Positions 1 to 14,763 are shown, counted from the stretch's first letter. The stretch is DNA of 64,000 bases from Balanoglossus misakiensis (GCA_040954595.2 CM082587.2:10421403-10485402); one strand, 5' to 3'. The notes: generated from the sequence alone by a model not told the origin. A program made the numbers and translations.

Positions 1-679
1 TATTTTGTTTGATAGGAGAAGTAGTTTTTGTTGTGTGATTTCCATACAGACTAGAAAATACCGAGTATGTTTATGCTGCAATTCTATGTAATTGTGTGCA
101 TAATAGGTCAAACAGTGACTTTGTCCCTTTAAAATAACACTAATTACAACTGAGTGTATTACTGTCATTGTCTTCATTGTTTATATTTTTGTGTTTGTTC
201 TGTAAAGTTTCTTATTCTAATCTATAAAACATATTGATTGTAATCACATCATATGTGTCAGTAACTTTCCCCTTTAAGAGAGTCCTGTCAATTTCTTCAT
301 GTTGCTTACACACACTTATCAGTGATTGTCATTGGTATGCTTGAGGTTTACTAATCAACTGTTTAATGAATTGAAATGTATTTATGTATAAGGCCAATGT
401 ATTTATGAGATATTAATATGTGTTGAAGTGTATATATAGGTGTTTTTTGTAAAAAAAAAAAAATACAATTCTTGGGGGGGGGCAATATTTGTCGAAACAT
501 AATGTTTATATTTGAGACAATATATTGTTTTTCTTCAATTGGCATATGTGAGAGTTTCTGTGAATTACTGCATGAAATGTGAAATGTGCTTTTCGGTAAG
601 TGATATTCAATGAGGGAATATTTCTCTTCCAATAGCTATTGGAAATTGCATATTGAATGCCATCACGTGATTAGTCTTA

Positions 680-1620
680 CAGTTATTACCGGGTTTTACT
701 GATAGTGCGCCAAGGGCAATTAATTGGAAAATGAGGAAATTAACAGGTGCACACCTGGAACCAATTAGTCAACCAGGGCAATACTTTGGCTATATTGAAA
801 ACACCTACTTTGATGCAAGCGTCATGTGATCTGATTGCTCATTGACAGCTGTTCTGCCTACCCACCGAAGATTGCTTTAACAAACATCTAGTTGAGATTG
901 TTGCCACCGAACACGAACATGCGCATCATCGCTAAACGCCATTGCTGATATGTCATGAAGACGTTCACCATCTTGGATGCCGTGTACATGGCGAAGGAGT
1001 CGTGGGACAATGTCATGCCGTAGACACTTGTTGGTTGCTCAGATTCGGACTCTGTGGTCACCGTTTAATTGGACGTGTTTACCGATGTCCCCATGCCAGA
1101 TATGACGCCAATGGACTGCACGCATAATGTTGAGATGAACAGTGCTGTTCACTGGTGAGCTGCGCGATGCAGAGTCGCCTGTACTGACCTCCAAACAGAA
1201 GATGGACATGATTGACCACCTTGGCCAGTTAACCCAGGGAAAGGGAACACACTACCGATGCTTCGCGAAATTGACAACGCCGTGTTGGCCGTTGTCGCAG
1301 AATCGAAGACCACCGCACCGTCGACTTGTGTCTCCAAGAACGTCTTGTTTTCAATCTGGTGTTATTCAATATTTATTGTACTTTTTCTTGGATATTTTTG
1401 CATGATTTCTCTTGTGATAGAAAAAAGGAGGACACTGCTCTGGCAAAACGTTTAGGTACAGTAATCGTCTGTCGCTGGACGTCTTTGGTGAATTGTTGAT
1501 GTTGTATTTTCCATGCCAGAAATTCAATTTAAAAATCCCAAATAGTTGGCCACCAGCCAAAAAATTGCCCAACAGCAATTTTTGGATGGGCGAACTATCA
1601 GTAAAACCCGGTAATTACTG
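680..1620 (+). mobile_element. Internally deleted pogo/Tigger-like DNA transposon
   Basis: About 32 bp TIRs (cagt(t/a)attaccgggttttactgatagt.cgcc at 680 and its reverse complement ending at 1620), TA on the left side. Degenerate DDE_1 motifs from 835: LLIDSCSAYPP...LTNI*LRLLPPNT...TILDAVYMAKESWDNV. Confidence 0.85.
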
Positions 1621-2909
1621 AAGTAAATTTGATGTAATGTTTATGCTGTTATAGGTCTAATATTGTAAGACAATATAGTCTCTTATAGACCCATACTTGT
1701 ACTGTTGACCAGTGTTATGTTAATTACCAATTAACATCCATATTTAATGCATTTGTGTAATTAGCATTATGCAGCCACAGTAATTGCAGCATGTTTTAAA
1801 AAGTGGTTGCTATTGTTGTTTTTCAATTATGCAACTGAATTGGTTGAATCGATGGAGAAAGATTTTACAAAGTACACCCTACATTTATTGGTTCAACAGA
1901 CATCTCGACTGTAAGGTGCAATTGTCTATGTTTTCCTTGGCTCTGTATGTGTTGTAGCCAGCTCTATTAATTTGTTGTTGCAAGAAATCACATTGTGTCA
2001 ATTATACATGTCCTTGTATCATTTAGTGTAACAGACATATGTTATAATTTCTATTATGTATTTCCCATTGCCACGTTAATTTCATGATTGATATTTCATG
2101 AATACACAGTTACTGCAATTTCATACATACATTCTTCATTTTGAAGAATAGCATATTAGAATGTGGTGAATCTGGTTTGTCCTTTTCTGGTTGTTATTAC
2201 TCTTGATTGAGATTACCTCTTCAAAGTAATTATGAGCACATGTACTTAACAAGAATTAAAAGTTCGTAGTAATTGTCATTTAACAATGTGCTCAATATTT
2301 TCAAAGATAAATATACTAATATGTTTTTTAAAAGTTTTAACAACATTTTGCAATTGAGTTGTGTGATGAACGAAATATTTTTGTGGGTGGAATACTAAGG
2401 GTATTGTATAAATGGGAAAAAAAGAAAACATGTAGAAATACAGGTCAATGTAAAATGAACCCTAATGATGAAAACCCCATGCATGTGAAACTTAGCTTTT
2501 TCAATTTACATACTAGTATTACATTATGGGGTATGTTGTTCTTCACTACTGTAGTAAATTTTGATTACTTACACTTCCTCTTATGTTTGATTATTTGTGA
2601 AAATTTAATAAAGAATGGTAAACTTTGTCTGAAATGTGATTGCTCATAATTGAATATGTCTAGAAATCATTTAAAACTTAAGCAGGAAGTTCCCATGTCA
2701 AAATCTCCAAACAAATATACGGGTATTACAGACCCTCATCAAGATCACGTGACATTTAAGCAAAATTGTTTGGTCCCATATAATTGGTATCTCTCCACCT
2801 GAAATTAGCTTCCAGGGTGTATTTGTTAGCCCAAAATTAGATATGCACATATTTGATTAGGGCCGAGGTCAAGGGCATGTTCATTACAGGTGTGTGCTTA
2901 TTCCTACAT

Positions 2910-4622
2910 TAACGTCAAAGGTCATGTGAGATCACCTGAAATTTAGGCAAAAAAATTTGACCCCATACTAATCCAGGTCCAAGAAAAACCAGACCTCTAT
3001 CCCTATTGGTTTGCCTAGAATTATGTATGCACATAGTTAAAGTGTAAGGCTCAATTAGGAGTTCCATCCCTCCAAATGTCAAGGCTGTATTTGCTGTGGA
3101 TACTGAGATATGGTAAAGTAGGTCAAATGTCACCTGATATTTATGTCATATTAATGTCAAAGGTCATGTGAGGTCACCCTCAATTTGGGCAAACAGTTTT
3201 GATCCTCATACTAGTCCAGGTCCAACAAAAACCAGACCTATAGCCCTATTGGTTTGTCTGAAATTAGGTATGCCCATAATTAATGATGTAAGTGTAAGAC
3301 TCCATTAAGAGTTCAATCCCTCCAAACACAAATGCTGTACCTGTTCTAGATGCCAAGAGATAGGAAAGTATGTCAAAGGTCACTTAAGGTCACCCGAAAT
3401 TTTGACCCAATACTAGTCCAGGTCCATAAAAAAACAAACCTCTAGCCCTATTTGTTCACCTAGAATTAGGTATGCAGATAATTAATGAGGTAAAGTATAA
3501 GACTCCATTAGGAGTTCCATCCCTCCAAATGCCAAAGCTGTATCTGCTCTGGATGCCGAGATATGGGAAAGTAGGTCAAAGGTCACCTGAGGTCACCCAC
3601 AATTTGGGCAAGAAATTATGACCCCATACTGGTCCATGTCCAAAAAAAATCAAACCTCTAGCCTTATTGGTTAGCCTGGAATTAGGTATGCACATAATTA
3701 ATGAGATAAGCAGGTGTCACATGTGACCCCCAATCTTGGCTTTTCAATTGTAGTCCCAACCATCCAAACGCCAAGTCTGTACCTGCTGTAGATGCCGAGA
3801 TATAGGAAAGTAGGTCAAAGGTCACCTGAGGTCACCCAAAATTTTGGCAAATTTTTTTGACCCAATACTGGTCCATGTCCCACAAGAACGAAACCTATAG
3901 CTCTATTAGTTACCCCGGAATTAGGTATGCACATAATAAATGAGTTAAGCAGGTGTTACAGGTGAGCCCAAAATTTTGCCTTTTATTTTGGTCCCATTCT
4001 GCTCACTGGCCAATAGACAGTCACTTTACAGGACCATTGCACAGACCAGAATTACACAATAAGACGTGGACATAGCTTAACTATGGAGGTATAAGTAAAG
4101 GTATAAATTTAATAAAAAAATTAATATAAAAAAATCGGTTGATTTTTCATATTATTTTTTTCCTCTTAAAATGATTGACAAATGCTAGGCTAGCTGCACA
4201 GCAACTTTGGAATTGATCGGCCGAACAGATTTTGAGATATGTATGCATATTTATCCAAAATAATCTGTGGTCATAGCTTAACTATGTAAAGTATAGGCCC
4301 ATGGCTTGGGCGAAAAATATGGAAAATAATACTTAAAAATCTTCTTCTCAAAATTGACATGGCTTATGGCCTTGACATTTGGCATGTAGAACCCTGGCCA
4401 TATGGTCCACAAAGCATCTGAACAGAATTTTGATATCTCCATTCATATGCAAATTAGGCCAAATTGAAAATTTTGCCCATATATGGTCATCAGGTCACAT
4501 GACTAATTACACATTCACAAGGGTACTGCACGAGCTCTCATAGGCCTCCACCATTGTGCCAAATGTGAGATTTGTAGGTTCAGCCGTTTTCACGATCTAG
4601 CTGGACAAAAAAACGACACAAG

Positions 4623-4654
<32 letters not shown>

Positions 4655-6444
4655 GAAGAAATATAGCTGCAAGCAGCGATGACGGGCCCAAGCTTAAGCC
4701 GAAGGTCAAAGGTCATAAGAGGTCACCCGAAATTTGGGCAAGAAATTTTGACCCCCATACTGGTCCGTGTCCCACAAGAACAAAATCTCTAGCCCTATTG
4801 GTTCGCCTACAATTAGGTATGCGCATAATTAATGAGATAAAGTGTAAGGCTCCATCAGGAGTTCCATCCCTCCAAATGCCAAGGCTGTATCTGCTGTGGA
4901 TGCCGAGATATGGTAAAGTAGGTCAAAGGTCACCTGAGGTCACCCAAAATTTGGGCAAAAAATTTTGACCCCATACTGGTCCATGGTCAGCATAAATCAA
5001 ACCTCTAGCCCTATTGCTTAGCCTGGAATTAGGTATGCACATAATTAATGAGATAAGCAGGTGTCACAGGTGACCCCAATTTTGGCTTTTCAATTTTAGT
5101 CCCAACCCTCCAAACGCCAAGTCTGTACCTGCTCTGGATGCGGAGATATAGGAAAGTAGGTCAAAGGTCACCTGAGGTCACCCAAAATTTGGGCAAGAAA
5201 TTTTGACCCTATACTGGTCCATGTCCTACAAGAACGAAACCTCTAGCCCTCTTAGTTAGCCCAGAATTAGGTATGCACATAATTAATGAGATAAGCAGGT
5301 GTCACAGGTGACCCCAATTTTGGCTTTTCAATTTTAGTCCCAACCCTCCAAACGCCAAGTCTGTACCTGCTCTGGATGCGGAGATATAGGAAAGTAGGTC
5401 AAAGGTCACCTGAGGTCACCCAAAATTTGGGCAAGAAATTTTGACCCTATACTGGTCCATGTCCTACAAGAACGAAACCTCTAGCCCTCTTAGTTAACCC
5501 AGAATTAGGTATGCACATAATTAATGAGTTAAGCAGGTGTTACAGGTGACCCCCATTTTGGCTTTTCAATTTTAGTCCCAACCCTCCAAACGCCAAGTCT
5601 GTACCTGCTCTGGATGCGGAGATATGGGAAAGTAGGTCAAAGGTCACCTGAGGTCACCCAAAATTTGGGCAAGAAATTTTGACCCTATACTGGTCCATGT
5701 CCCACAAGAACGAAACCTCTAGCCCTCTTAGTTAGCCCAGAATTAGGTAAGCACATAATTAATGAGTTAGGCAGGTGTTACAGGTGAGCCTAAAATTGTG
5801 CCTTTTATTTTGGTGCCATTGTGCTCACTGACCAATAGACAGTCACTGTACAGGACTATTGCACAGACCAGAATTCCACAATAAGACATAGACATAGCTT
5901 AACCATAGAGGTATAATTAAAGGTATAAATTTAATAAAAAAAATAATATAAAAAAATCGGTCGATTTTTCATATCATTTTTTTTCGCTTAAAATTATTGA
6001 CAAATGCTAGGCTAGCTGCACACCAAAGTTGGAGATGATCGGCCTAACAGATTTTGAGATATGTATGCATATTTATCCAAAATACGATGTGGTCATAGCT
6101 TTACTATGTAAAGTATAGGCACATGGCTTGGGCGAAAAATATGAAAAATAATACTTAAAAATCTTCTTCTCAAAAGTGACATGGCCTTTGGCCTTGACAT
6201 TTGGCATGTAGAACCCTGGCCATATGGCCCACAAAGTATCTTAACAGAATTTTGATATCTCCATTCATATGCAAATTAGGTCGATTTGAAAACTTTGCCC
6301 ATATATGGTCATCAGGTCATGTGACTTATTAAACATTCACAAGGGTACTGCACTAGCTCTCATTGGCCTGCACCATTGTGCCAAATGTGAGATTTGTAGG
6401 TTCAGCCGTTTTCAAGATCTAGCTGGACAAAAAAATGACACAAG

Positions 6445-6476
<32 letters not shown>

Positions 6477-9400
6477 GAAGAATATAGCTGCAAGCAGCAA
6501 TAGCGGGCCCAAGCCAACATAGCAACATAGCAATAAGCATATCTGCACTTGATGCCAAGATATGGTAAAGTAGGTCAAAGGTCAACTGAGGTCATGTTAT
6601 ATTTAGGCAAGACATTTTTACCCTATACTGGTCCATGTTCAACAAAAACCAAACCTATAGCCCTATTGGTTAGCCTGGAATTAGGTATGCACATAATTAA
6701 TGAGGTAGGCAGGTGTCACAGGTGACCCCCAATTTTGGCTTTTCAATTTTAGTCCAACCCTCCAAACCCCAAGTCTGTACCTGCTCTGGATGCCAAGATC
6801 TGGTAAAGTAGGTCAAAGGTCACCTGAGGTCATGCAAAATTTGGGCAAGAAATTTTGACCCTATACTGGTCCATGTTAAGCAAAAACTAAACCTATAGCC
6901 CTATTGGTTAGCCTGGAATTAGGTATGCACATAATTAATAAGGTAGGCAGGTGTCACAGGTGACCCCCAATTTTGGCTTTTCAATTTTAGTCCCAACCCT
7001 CCAAACACCAAGTCTGTACTTGCTCTGGATGCTAAGATCTGGTAAAGTAGGTCAAAGGTCACCTGAGGTCATGCAAAATTTTGGCAAGAAATGTTGACCC
7101 TATACTGGTCCATATCCAACAAGAACGAAACCTCTAGCCCTCTTAGTTAGCCCAGAATTAGGTATGCACATAATTAATGAGTTAAGCAGGTGTTACAGGT
7201 GAGCCCAAAATTTTGCCTGTTATTTTGGTCCCATTGTGCTCACTGCCCAATACACAGTCACTGTACAGGACCGTTGCACAGACCAGAATTCCACACTAAG
7301 ACGTGTAGTGTTCATAGCTTAACTATAGAGGTATAAGTAAAAAGGTATAAATTTAATTTAAAAAATTAATATAAAAAAATCGGTCGATTTTTCATATTAT
7401 TTTTTTTTCGCTTAAAATGATTGACAAATGCTAGTCTAGCTGCACACCAAAGTTGGAGATGATCGGCCTAACAGATTTTGAGATATGTATGCATATTTAT
7501 CCAAAATAATATGTGGTCATAGCTTTACTATGTAAAGTATAGGCCGATGGCTTGGGCGAAAAATATGGAAAATAATACTTAAAAATCTTCTCCTCAAAAT
7601 TGACATGGCCTATGGCCTTGACATTTGGCATGTAGAACCCTGGCCATATGGTCCACAAAGTATCTGAACAGAATTTTGATATCTCAATTCATATGCAAAT
7701 TAGGGCGATTTGAAAATTTTGCCCATATATGGTCATCAGGTCACGTGACTAATTAAACATTCACGAGGGTACTGCACCAGCTCTCATTGGCCTGCACCAT
7801 TGTGCTAAGTTTGAAATTGGTAGGTTCAGCCGTTCTCCAGATCTAGCTGGACAAAAAAACGACACAAGAAGAAGAAGAAGAAGAAGTAGAAGAAAAATCC
7901 CAGTAATACCAATAGGGCCCAAGCCTGCTGGGCTTGGGCCCTAAATATAGCTGCAAGCAGCGATGACGGGCCCAAGCTTAAGCCGAAGGTCAAAGGTCAT
8001 AAGCGGTCACCCGAAATTTTGGCAAGAAATTTTGACCCCATACTGGTCCGTGTCCCACAAGAACAAAATCTCTAGCCCTATTGGTTCGCCTACAATTAGG
8101 TATGCGCATAATTAATGAGATAAAGTGTAAGGCTCCATCAGGAGTTCCATCCCTCCAAATGCCAAGGCTGTATCTGCTGTGGATGCCGAGATATGGTAAA
8201 GTAGGTCAAAGGTCACCTGAGGTCACCCAAAATTTGGGCAAAAAATTTTGACCCCATACTGGTCCGTGTTCAGCATAAATCAAACCTCTAGCCCTATTGG
8301 TTAGCCTGGAATTAGGTATGCACATAATTAATGAGATAAGCAGGTGTCACAGGTGACCCCAATTTTGGCTTTTCAATTTTAGTCCCAACCCTCGAAACGC
8401 CAAGTCTGTACCTGCTCTGGATGCGGAGATATAGGAAAGTAGGTCAAAGGTCACCTGAGGTCATCCAAAATTTGGGCAATTTTTTTTAACCCCATACTGG
8501 TCCATGTCCCACAAGCACGAAACCTCTAACCCTACTGGTTAGCCTGTAATTAGGTATGCACATAATTAATGAGATATGCAGGTGTCACAGGTGACCCCCA
8601 TTTTGGCTTTTCAACTTTAGTCCCAACCCTCCAAACGCCAAGTCTGTACCTGCTGTGGATGCCGAGATATAGGAAAGTAGGTCAAAGGTCACCTGAGGTC
8701 ACCCAAAATTTGGGCAAGAAATTTTGACCCTATACTGGTCCATGTCTCACAAGAACGAAACCTCTAGCCCTCTTAGTTAGCCCAGAATTAGGTATGCACA
8801 TAATTAATGAGTTAAGCAGGTGTTACAGGTGAGCCTAAACTTGTGCCTTTTATTTTGGTGCTATTGTGCTCACTGACCAATAGACAGTCACTGTACAGGA
8901 CTATTGCACAGACCTGAATTCCACAATAAGACATAGACATAGCTTAACCATAGAGGTATAATTAAAGGTATAAATTTAATAAAAAAATTAATATAAAAAA
9001 ATCGGTCGATTTTTCATATTATTTTTTTTCGCTTAAAATTATTGACAAATGCTAGGCTAGCTGCACACCAAAGTTGGAGATGGTCGGCCTAACAGATTTT
9101 GAGATATGTATGCATATTTATCCAAAATACGATGTGGTCATAGCTTTACTATGTGAAGTATAGGCCGATGGCTTGGGCGAAAAAATATGAAAAATAATAC
9201 TTAAAAATCTTCTTCTCAAAATTGACATGGCCTATGGCCTTGACATTTGGCATGTAGAACCCTGGCCATATGGCCCACAAAGTATCTTAACAGAATTTTG
9301 ATATCTCCATTCATATGCAAATTAGGCCAAATTGAAAATTTTGCCCATATATGGTCATCAGGTCACATGACTAATTACACATTCACAAGGGTACTGCACC

Positions 9401-9496
9401 AGCTCTCATAGCCCTGCACCATTGTGCCAAATGTGAGATTTGTAGGTTCAGCCGTTTTCAAGATCTAGCTGGACAAAAAAACGACACAAGAAGAAG

Positions 9497-9528
<32 letters not shown>

Positions 9529-10966
9529 GAAGAAAAACCCCAGTAATACCAATAGGGCCCAAGCCTGCTGGGCTTGGGCCCTAAATATAGCTGCAAGCAG
9601 CAATGGCGGGCCCAAGCCAACATAGCACATAGCAACATAGCAATAAGCATATCTGCTCTGGATGCAAAGATACGGTTAAGTACGTGAAAGGTCACCTGAG
9701 GTCATGCAAAATTTTGGCGCGAAATTTTGACCCTGTACTGGTCAATGTTCAACAAAAACCAAAACTATAGCCCTATTGGTTAGCCTGGAATTAGGTATGC
9801 ACATAATTAATGAGGTAGGCAGGTGTCACAGGTGACCCTCAATTTTGGCTTTTCAATTTTAATCCCAACCCTCCAAACGCCAAGTCTGTACCTGCTCTGG
9901 ATGCCAAGATCTGGTAAAGTAGGTCAAAGGTCACCTGAGGTCATGCAACATTTGGGCATGAAATTTTGACCCTATACTGGTCCATGTTCAACAAAAACCA
10001 AACCTATAGCCCTATTGGTTAGCCTGGAATTAGGTATGCACATAATTAATGAGATATACAGGTGTCACAGGTGACCCCCATTTTGGCTTTTCCATTTTAG
10101 TCCCAACCCTCCAAATGCCAAGTTTGTACCTGCTCTGGATGCCGAGATAAAGGAAAGTAGGTCAAAGGTCACCTGAGGTCACCCAAAATTTGGGCAAGAA
10201 ATTTTGACCCTATACTGGTCCATGTCCCACAAGAACGAAACCTCTAGCCCTCTTAGTTAGCCCAGAATTAGGTATGCACATAATTAATGAGTTAAGCAGG
10301 GGTTACAGGTGAGCCTAAAATTTTGCCTTTTATTTTGGTGCCATTGTGCTCACTGACCAATAGACAGTCACTGTACAGGACTATTGCACAGACCAGAATT
10401 CCACAATAAGACATGGACATAGCTTAACCATAGAGGTATAAGTAAAGGTATAAATTTAATAAAAAAATTAATATAAAAAAATCGGTCGATTTTTCATAGT
10501 ATTTTTTTTCGCTTAAAATTATTGACACATGCTAGGCTAGCTGCACACCAAAGTTGGAGATGATCGGCCTAACAGATTTTGAGATATGTATGAATATTTA
10601 TCCAAAATAATATGTGGTCATAGCTTTACTGTGTAAAGTATAGGCCCATGGCTTGGGCGAAAAATATGAAAAATAATACTTAAAAATCTTCTTCTCAAAA
10701 TTGACATGGCCTATGGCCTTGACATTTGGCATGTAGAACCCTGGCCATATGGTCCACAAAGTATGTTAACAGAATTTTGATATGGCAATTCATATGCAAA
10801 TTAGGCCAATTTGAAAATTTTGCCCATATATGGTCATCAGGTCATGTGACTTATTAAACATTCACAAGGGTACTGCACCAGCTCTCATAGGCCTGCACCA
10901 TTGTGCCAAATGTGAGATTTGTAGGTTCAGCCGTTTTCAAGATCTAGCTGGACAAAAAAACGACAC

Positions 10967-10998
<32 letters not shown>

Positions 10999-13900
10999 GA
11001 AGAATATAGCTGCAAGCAGCAATAGCGGGCCCAAGCCGACATAGCACATAGCAACATAGCAATAAGCATATCTGCTCTGGATGCCAAGATATGGTAAAGT
11101 AGGTCAAAGGTCACCTGAGTTCATGCAAAATTTGGGCAAGAAATTTTGACCCTATACTGGTCCATGTTCAACAAAAACCAAACCTATAGCCCTATTGGTT
11201 AGCCTAGAATTAGGTATGCACATAATTAATGAGGTAGGCAGGTGTCACAGGTGATCCCCAATTTTGCCCCTTCAATTTTAGCCCCAACCCTCCAAACGCT
11301 AAGTCTGTACCTGCTCTGGATGCCAAGATCTGGTAAAGTAGGTCAAAGGTCACCTGAGGTCATACAAAATTTGGGCAAGAAATTTTGACCCTATACTGGT
11401 CCATGTTCAACAAAAACCAAACCTATAGCCCTATTGGTTAGCCTGGAATTAGGTATGCACATAATTAATGAGATATGCAGGTGTCACAGGTGATCCCCAT
11501 TTTGGCTTTTCAATTTTAGTCCCAACCCTCCAAACGCCAAGTCTGTACCTGCTCTGGATGCCGAGATATAGGAAAGTAGGTCAAAGGTCACCTGAGGTCA
11601 CCCAAAATTTGGTAAACATTTTTGACCCCATACTAGTCCTTGTCACACAAGAACAATACCTCTAGCCCTATTAGTTAGCCCGGAATGAGGTATGTGCATA
11701 ATTAATGAGTTAAGCAGGTGTTACAGGTGAGCCCAAAATTTCGCCTTTTATTTTGGTCCCATTCTGCGCACGGGCCAATAGACAGTCAGTGTACAGGACC
11801 ATTGCACAGACCAGAATTCTACAATAAGACGTGGACATAGCTTAACCATAGAGGTATAAGTAAAGGTATAAATTTCATAAAAAAATTAATATAAAAAAAT
11901 CGGTCGATTTTTCATATTAATTTTTTTCGCTTAAAATTATTGGCAAATGCTAAGCTACCTGCACACCAAACTTGGAGTTGATCGGCCCAACAGATTTTGA
12001 GATATGACTGCATATTCATCCAAAATAAAATGTGGTCAAAGCTTAACTATGTATAGTATAGGCCGATGGCTTGGCCGAAAAATATGAAAAATAATACTTA
12101 AAAATCTTCTTCTCAAAATTGACAAGGCCTATGGCCTTGACATTTGGCATGTAGAACCCTGACCACATGGTTCACAAAAGTTGCTAAAAGAATTTTGATA
12201 TCTTCGTGCATATGCAAATAAGGCAGATTTGAAAATTTTGCCCATATATGGTCATAAGGTCACATGACTTATTGAACATTCACGAGGGTACTGCACCAGC
12301 TCTCATTGGCCTGCACCATTGTGCCAAATTTGAGATTTGTGGGTTCAGCAGTTTTTCAGATCTACCTGGCCGAAAAAAGTGCCCAAGAAGAAGTAGAAGA
12401 AAATATAGCTGCAAGCAGCAATAGCGGGCCCAAGCCAACATAGCACATAGCACATAGCAACATAGCAATAAGCATATCTGCTCTGGATGCCAAGATATGG
12501 TAAAGTAGGTCAAAGGTCACCTGAGGTCATGCAAAATTTGGGCAAGAAATTTTGACCCTATACTGGTCCATGTTCAACAAAAACCAAACCTATAGCCCTA
12601 TTGGTTAGCCTGGAATTAGGTATGCACATAATTAATGAGGTAGGCAGGTGTCACAGGTGATCCCCAATTTTGGCTTTTCAATTTTAGTCCCAACCCTCCA
12701 AACGCCAAGTCTGTACCTGCTCTGGATGCCAAGATCTGGTAGAGTAGGTCAAAGGTCACCCGAGGTCAAGCAAAATTTGGGCAAGAAATTTTGAACCTAT
12801 ACTAGTCCATGTTCAACAAAAACCAAACCTATAGCCCTATTGGTTAGCCTGGAATTAGGTATGCACATAATTAATGAGATATACAGGTGTCACAGGTGAC
12901 CCCCATTTTGGCTTTTCCATTTAGTCCCAACCCTCCAAATGCCAAGTCTGTACCTGCTCTGGATGCCGAGATATAGGAAAGTAGGTCAAAGGTCACCTGA
13001 GGTCACCCAAAATTTGGGCAAGACATTTTGACCCTATACTAGTCCATGTCCCACAAGAACGAAACCTCTAGCCCTCTTAGTTAGCCCAGAATTAGGTATG
13101 CACATAATTAATGAGTTAAGCAGGTGTTACAGGTGAGACTAAAATTGTGCCTTTTATTTTGGTGCCATTGTGCTCACTGACCAATAGATAGTCACTGTAC
13201 AGGACTATTGCACAGACCAGAATTCCACAATAAGACATGGACATAGCTTAACCATAGAGGTATAAGTCAAGGTATAAATTTAATAAAAAAAATATTATAA
13301 AAAAATCGGTCGATTTTTCATATTATTTTTTTTCGCTTAAAATTATTGACAAATGCTAGGCTAGCTGCACACTAAAGTTGGAGATGATCGGCCTAACAGA
13401 TTTTGAGATATGTATGCATATTTATCCAAAATAATATGTGGTCATAGCTTAACTATCCAAAGTATAGGCACATGGCTTGGGCGAAAAATATGAAAAATAA
13501 TACTTAAAAATCTTCTTCTCAAAATTGACATGGCCTATGGCCTTGACATTTGGCATGTAGAACCCTGGCCATATGGTCCACAAAGTATGTTAACAGAATG
13601 TTGATGTGTCCATTCATATGCAAGTTAGGCCAATTTGAAAATTTTGCCCATATATGGTCATCAGGTCACGTGACTTATTAAACATTCACAAGGGTACAGC
13701 TCATGCTCTCAGAGGCCTGCACCACTGTGCCAACTTTGAGATTTGTAGGTTCAGCCGTTTTCAAGATCTACTTGACGAAAAAAACGGCACAAGAAGAAAA
13801 AGAAGAAGAAGAAGAAAAACTCCAGTAAAAACAATAGGGCCCAAGCCTGCTGGGCTTGGGCCCTAAAAAGCCAACAATACCAATAGGGCACAAGCCTGTA

Positions 13901-14447
13901 GGGCTTGTGCCCTAAAAAACCCCAGTAATACCAATAGGGCCCAAGCCTGCTGGGCTTGGGCCCTAAAAAACCCCAGTAATACCAATAGGGCCCAAGCCTG
14001 CTGGGCTTGGGCCCTAACAATAGGGCACAAGCCTGCTGGGCTTGTGCCCTAAATATAGCTGCAAGCAGCAATAGCGGGCCCAAGCCAACATAGCACATAG
14101 CAACATAGCAATAAGCATATCTGCTCTGGATGCCAAGATATGGTAAAGTAGGTCAAAGGTCACCTGAGTTCATGCAAAATTTGGGCAAGAAATTTTGACC
14201 CTATACTGGTCTATGTTCAACAAAAAACAAACCTATAACCTTATTGGTTAGCCTGGAATTAGGTATGCACGTAATTAATGAGGTAGGCAGGTGTCACAGG
14301 TGACCCCCAGTGTTGCCTTTTCAATTTTAGTCTCAACCCTCCAAACGCCAAGTCTGTACCTGCTCTGGATGCCAAGATATGGTAAAGTAGGTCAAAGGTC
14401 ACCTGAGGTCATACAAAATTTGGGCAAGAAATTTTGACCCTATACTA
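2910..14447 (-). repeat. Tandem array of about 8 Helentron-associated non-autonomous (HINE/DINE-1-like) units, 1.4-1.8 kb each
   Basis: Unit junctions near 4660, 6481, 7944, 9583, 11003, 12401 and 14051. On the minus strand each unit has a 5' subTIR palindrome (gggcccaagcc-N5-ggcttgggccc, present in some units), a (TTC)n microsatellite, a ~700 bp core, 3-4 copies of a ~240 bp repeat, a 3' subTIR gcttgggccc, a short hairpin gctgcttgcagc and a T-rich end. Confidence 0.8.
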
Positions 14448-14554
14448 TGTGACCGTGATATATTAGTCATATACCACAGTCATATATCATAGTCAAAGAA
14501 AATGCCTTTTTAAAATGTTTTATGCAAAGTTTCAATATACTGGCATAATATAAT

Positions 14555-14697
14555 AGCAATAAAACACCCCCAGCCATGGTATACCACTCAATTTTGACCA
14601 GTTCAACTCCATATACGCACTCGCTATCGCTCGTGCGTATATGTCGTGAACTGGTCAAAATCTCGTGGTATACCATGGCTGGGGGTGTTTTATTGCT
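14555..14697. repeat. Long imperfect palindrome (~143 bp)
   Basis: agcaataaaacacccccagccatggtataccac ... gtggtataccatggctgggggtgttttattgct, centred on cgcactcgctatcgctcgtgcg. Confidence 0.85.
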
Positions 14698-14763
14698 TAA
14701 ATAAATACTGGTGCATATATATTAGGTATATCTGTACAATGTATGTGCACACTTGCGCAAATA

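Noticed and set aside
13815-14050. CRISPR-like palindromic repeats
   Set aside because: No unique spacers, no cas genes, eukaryotic context; these are element termini.
6305-14098. Short ORFs with poly-R, poly-F or poly-S runs
   Set aside because: Translations of the (GAA)n microsatellite and hairpins in the repeat array.
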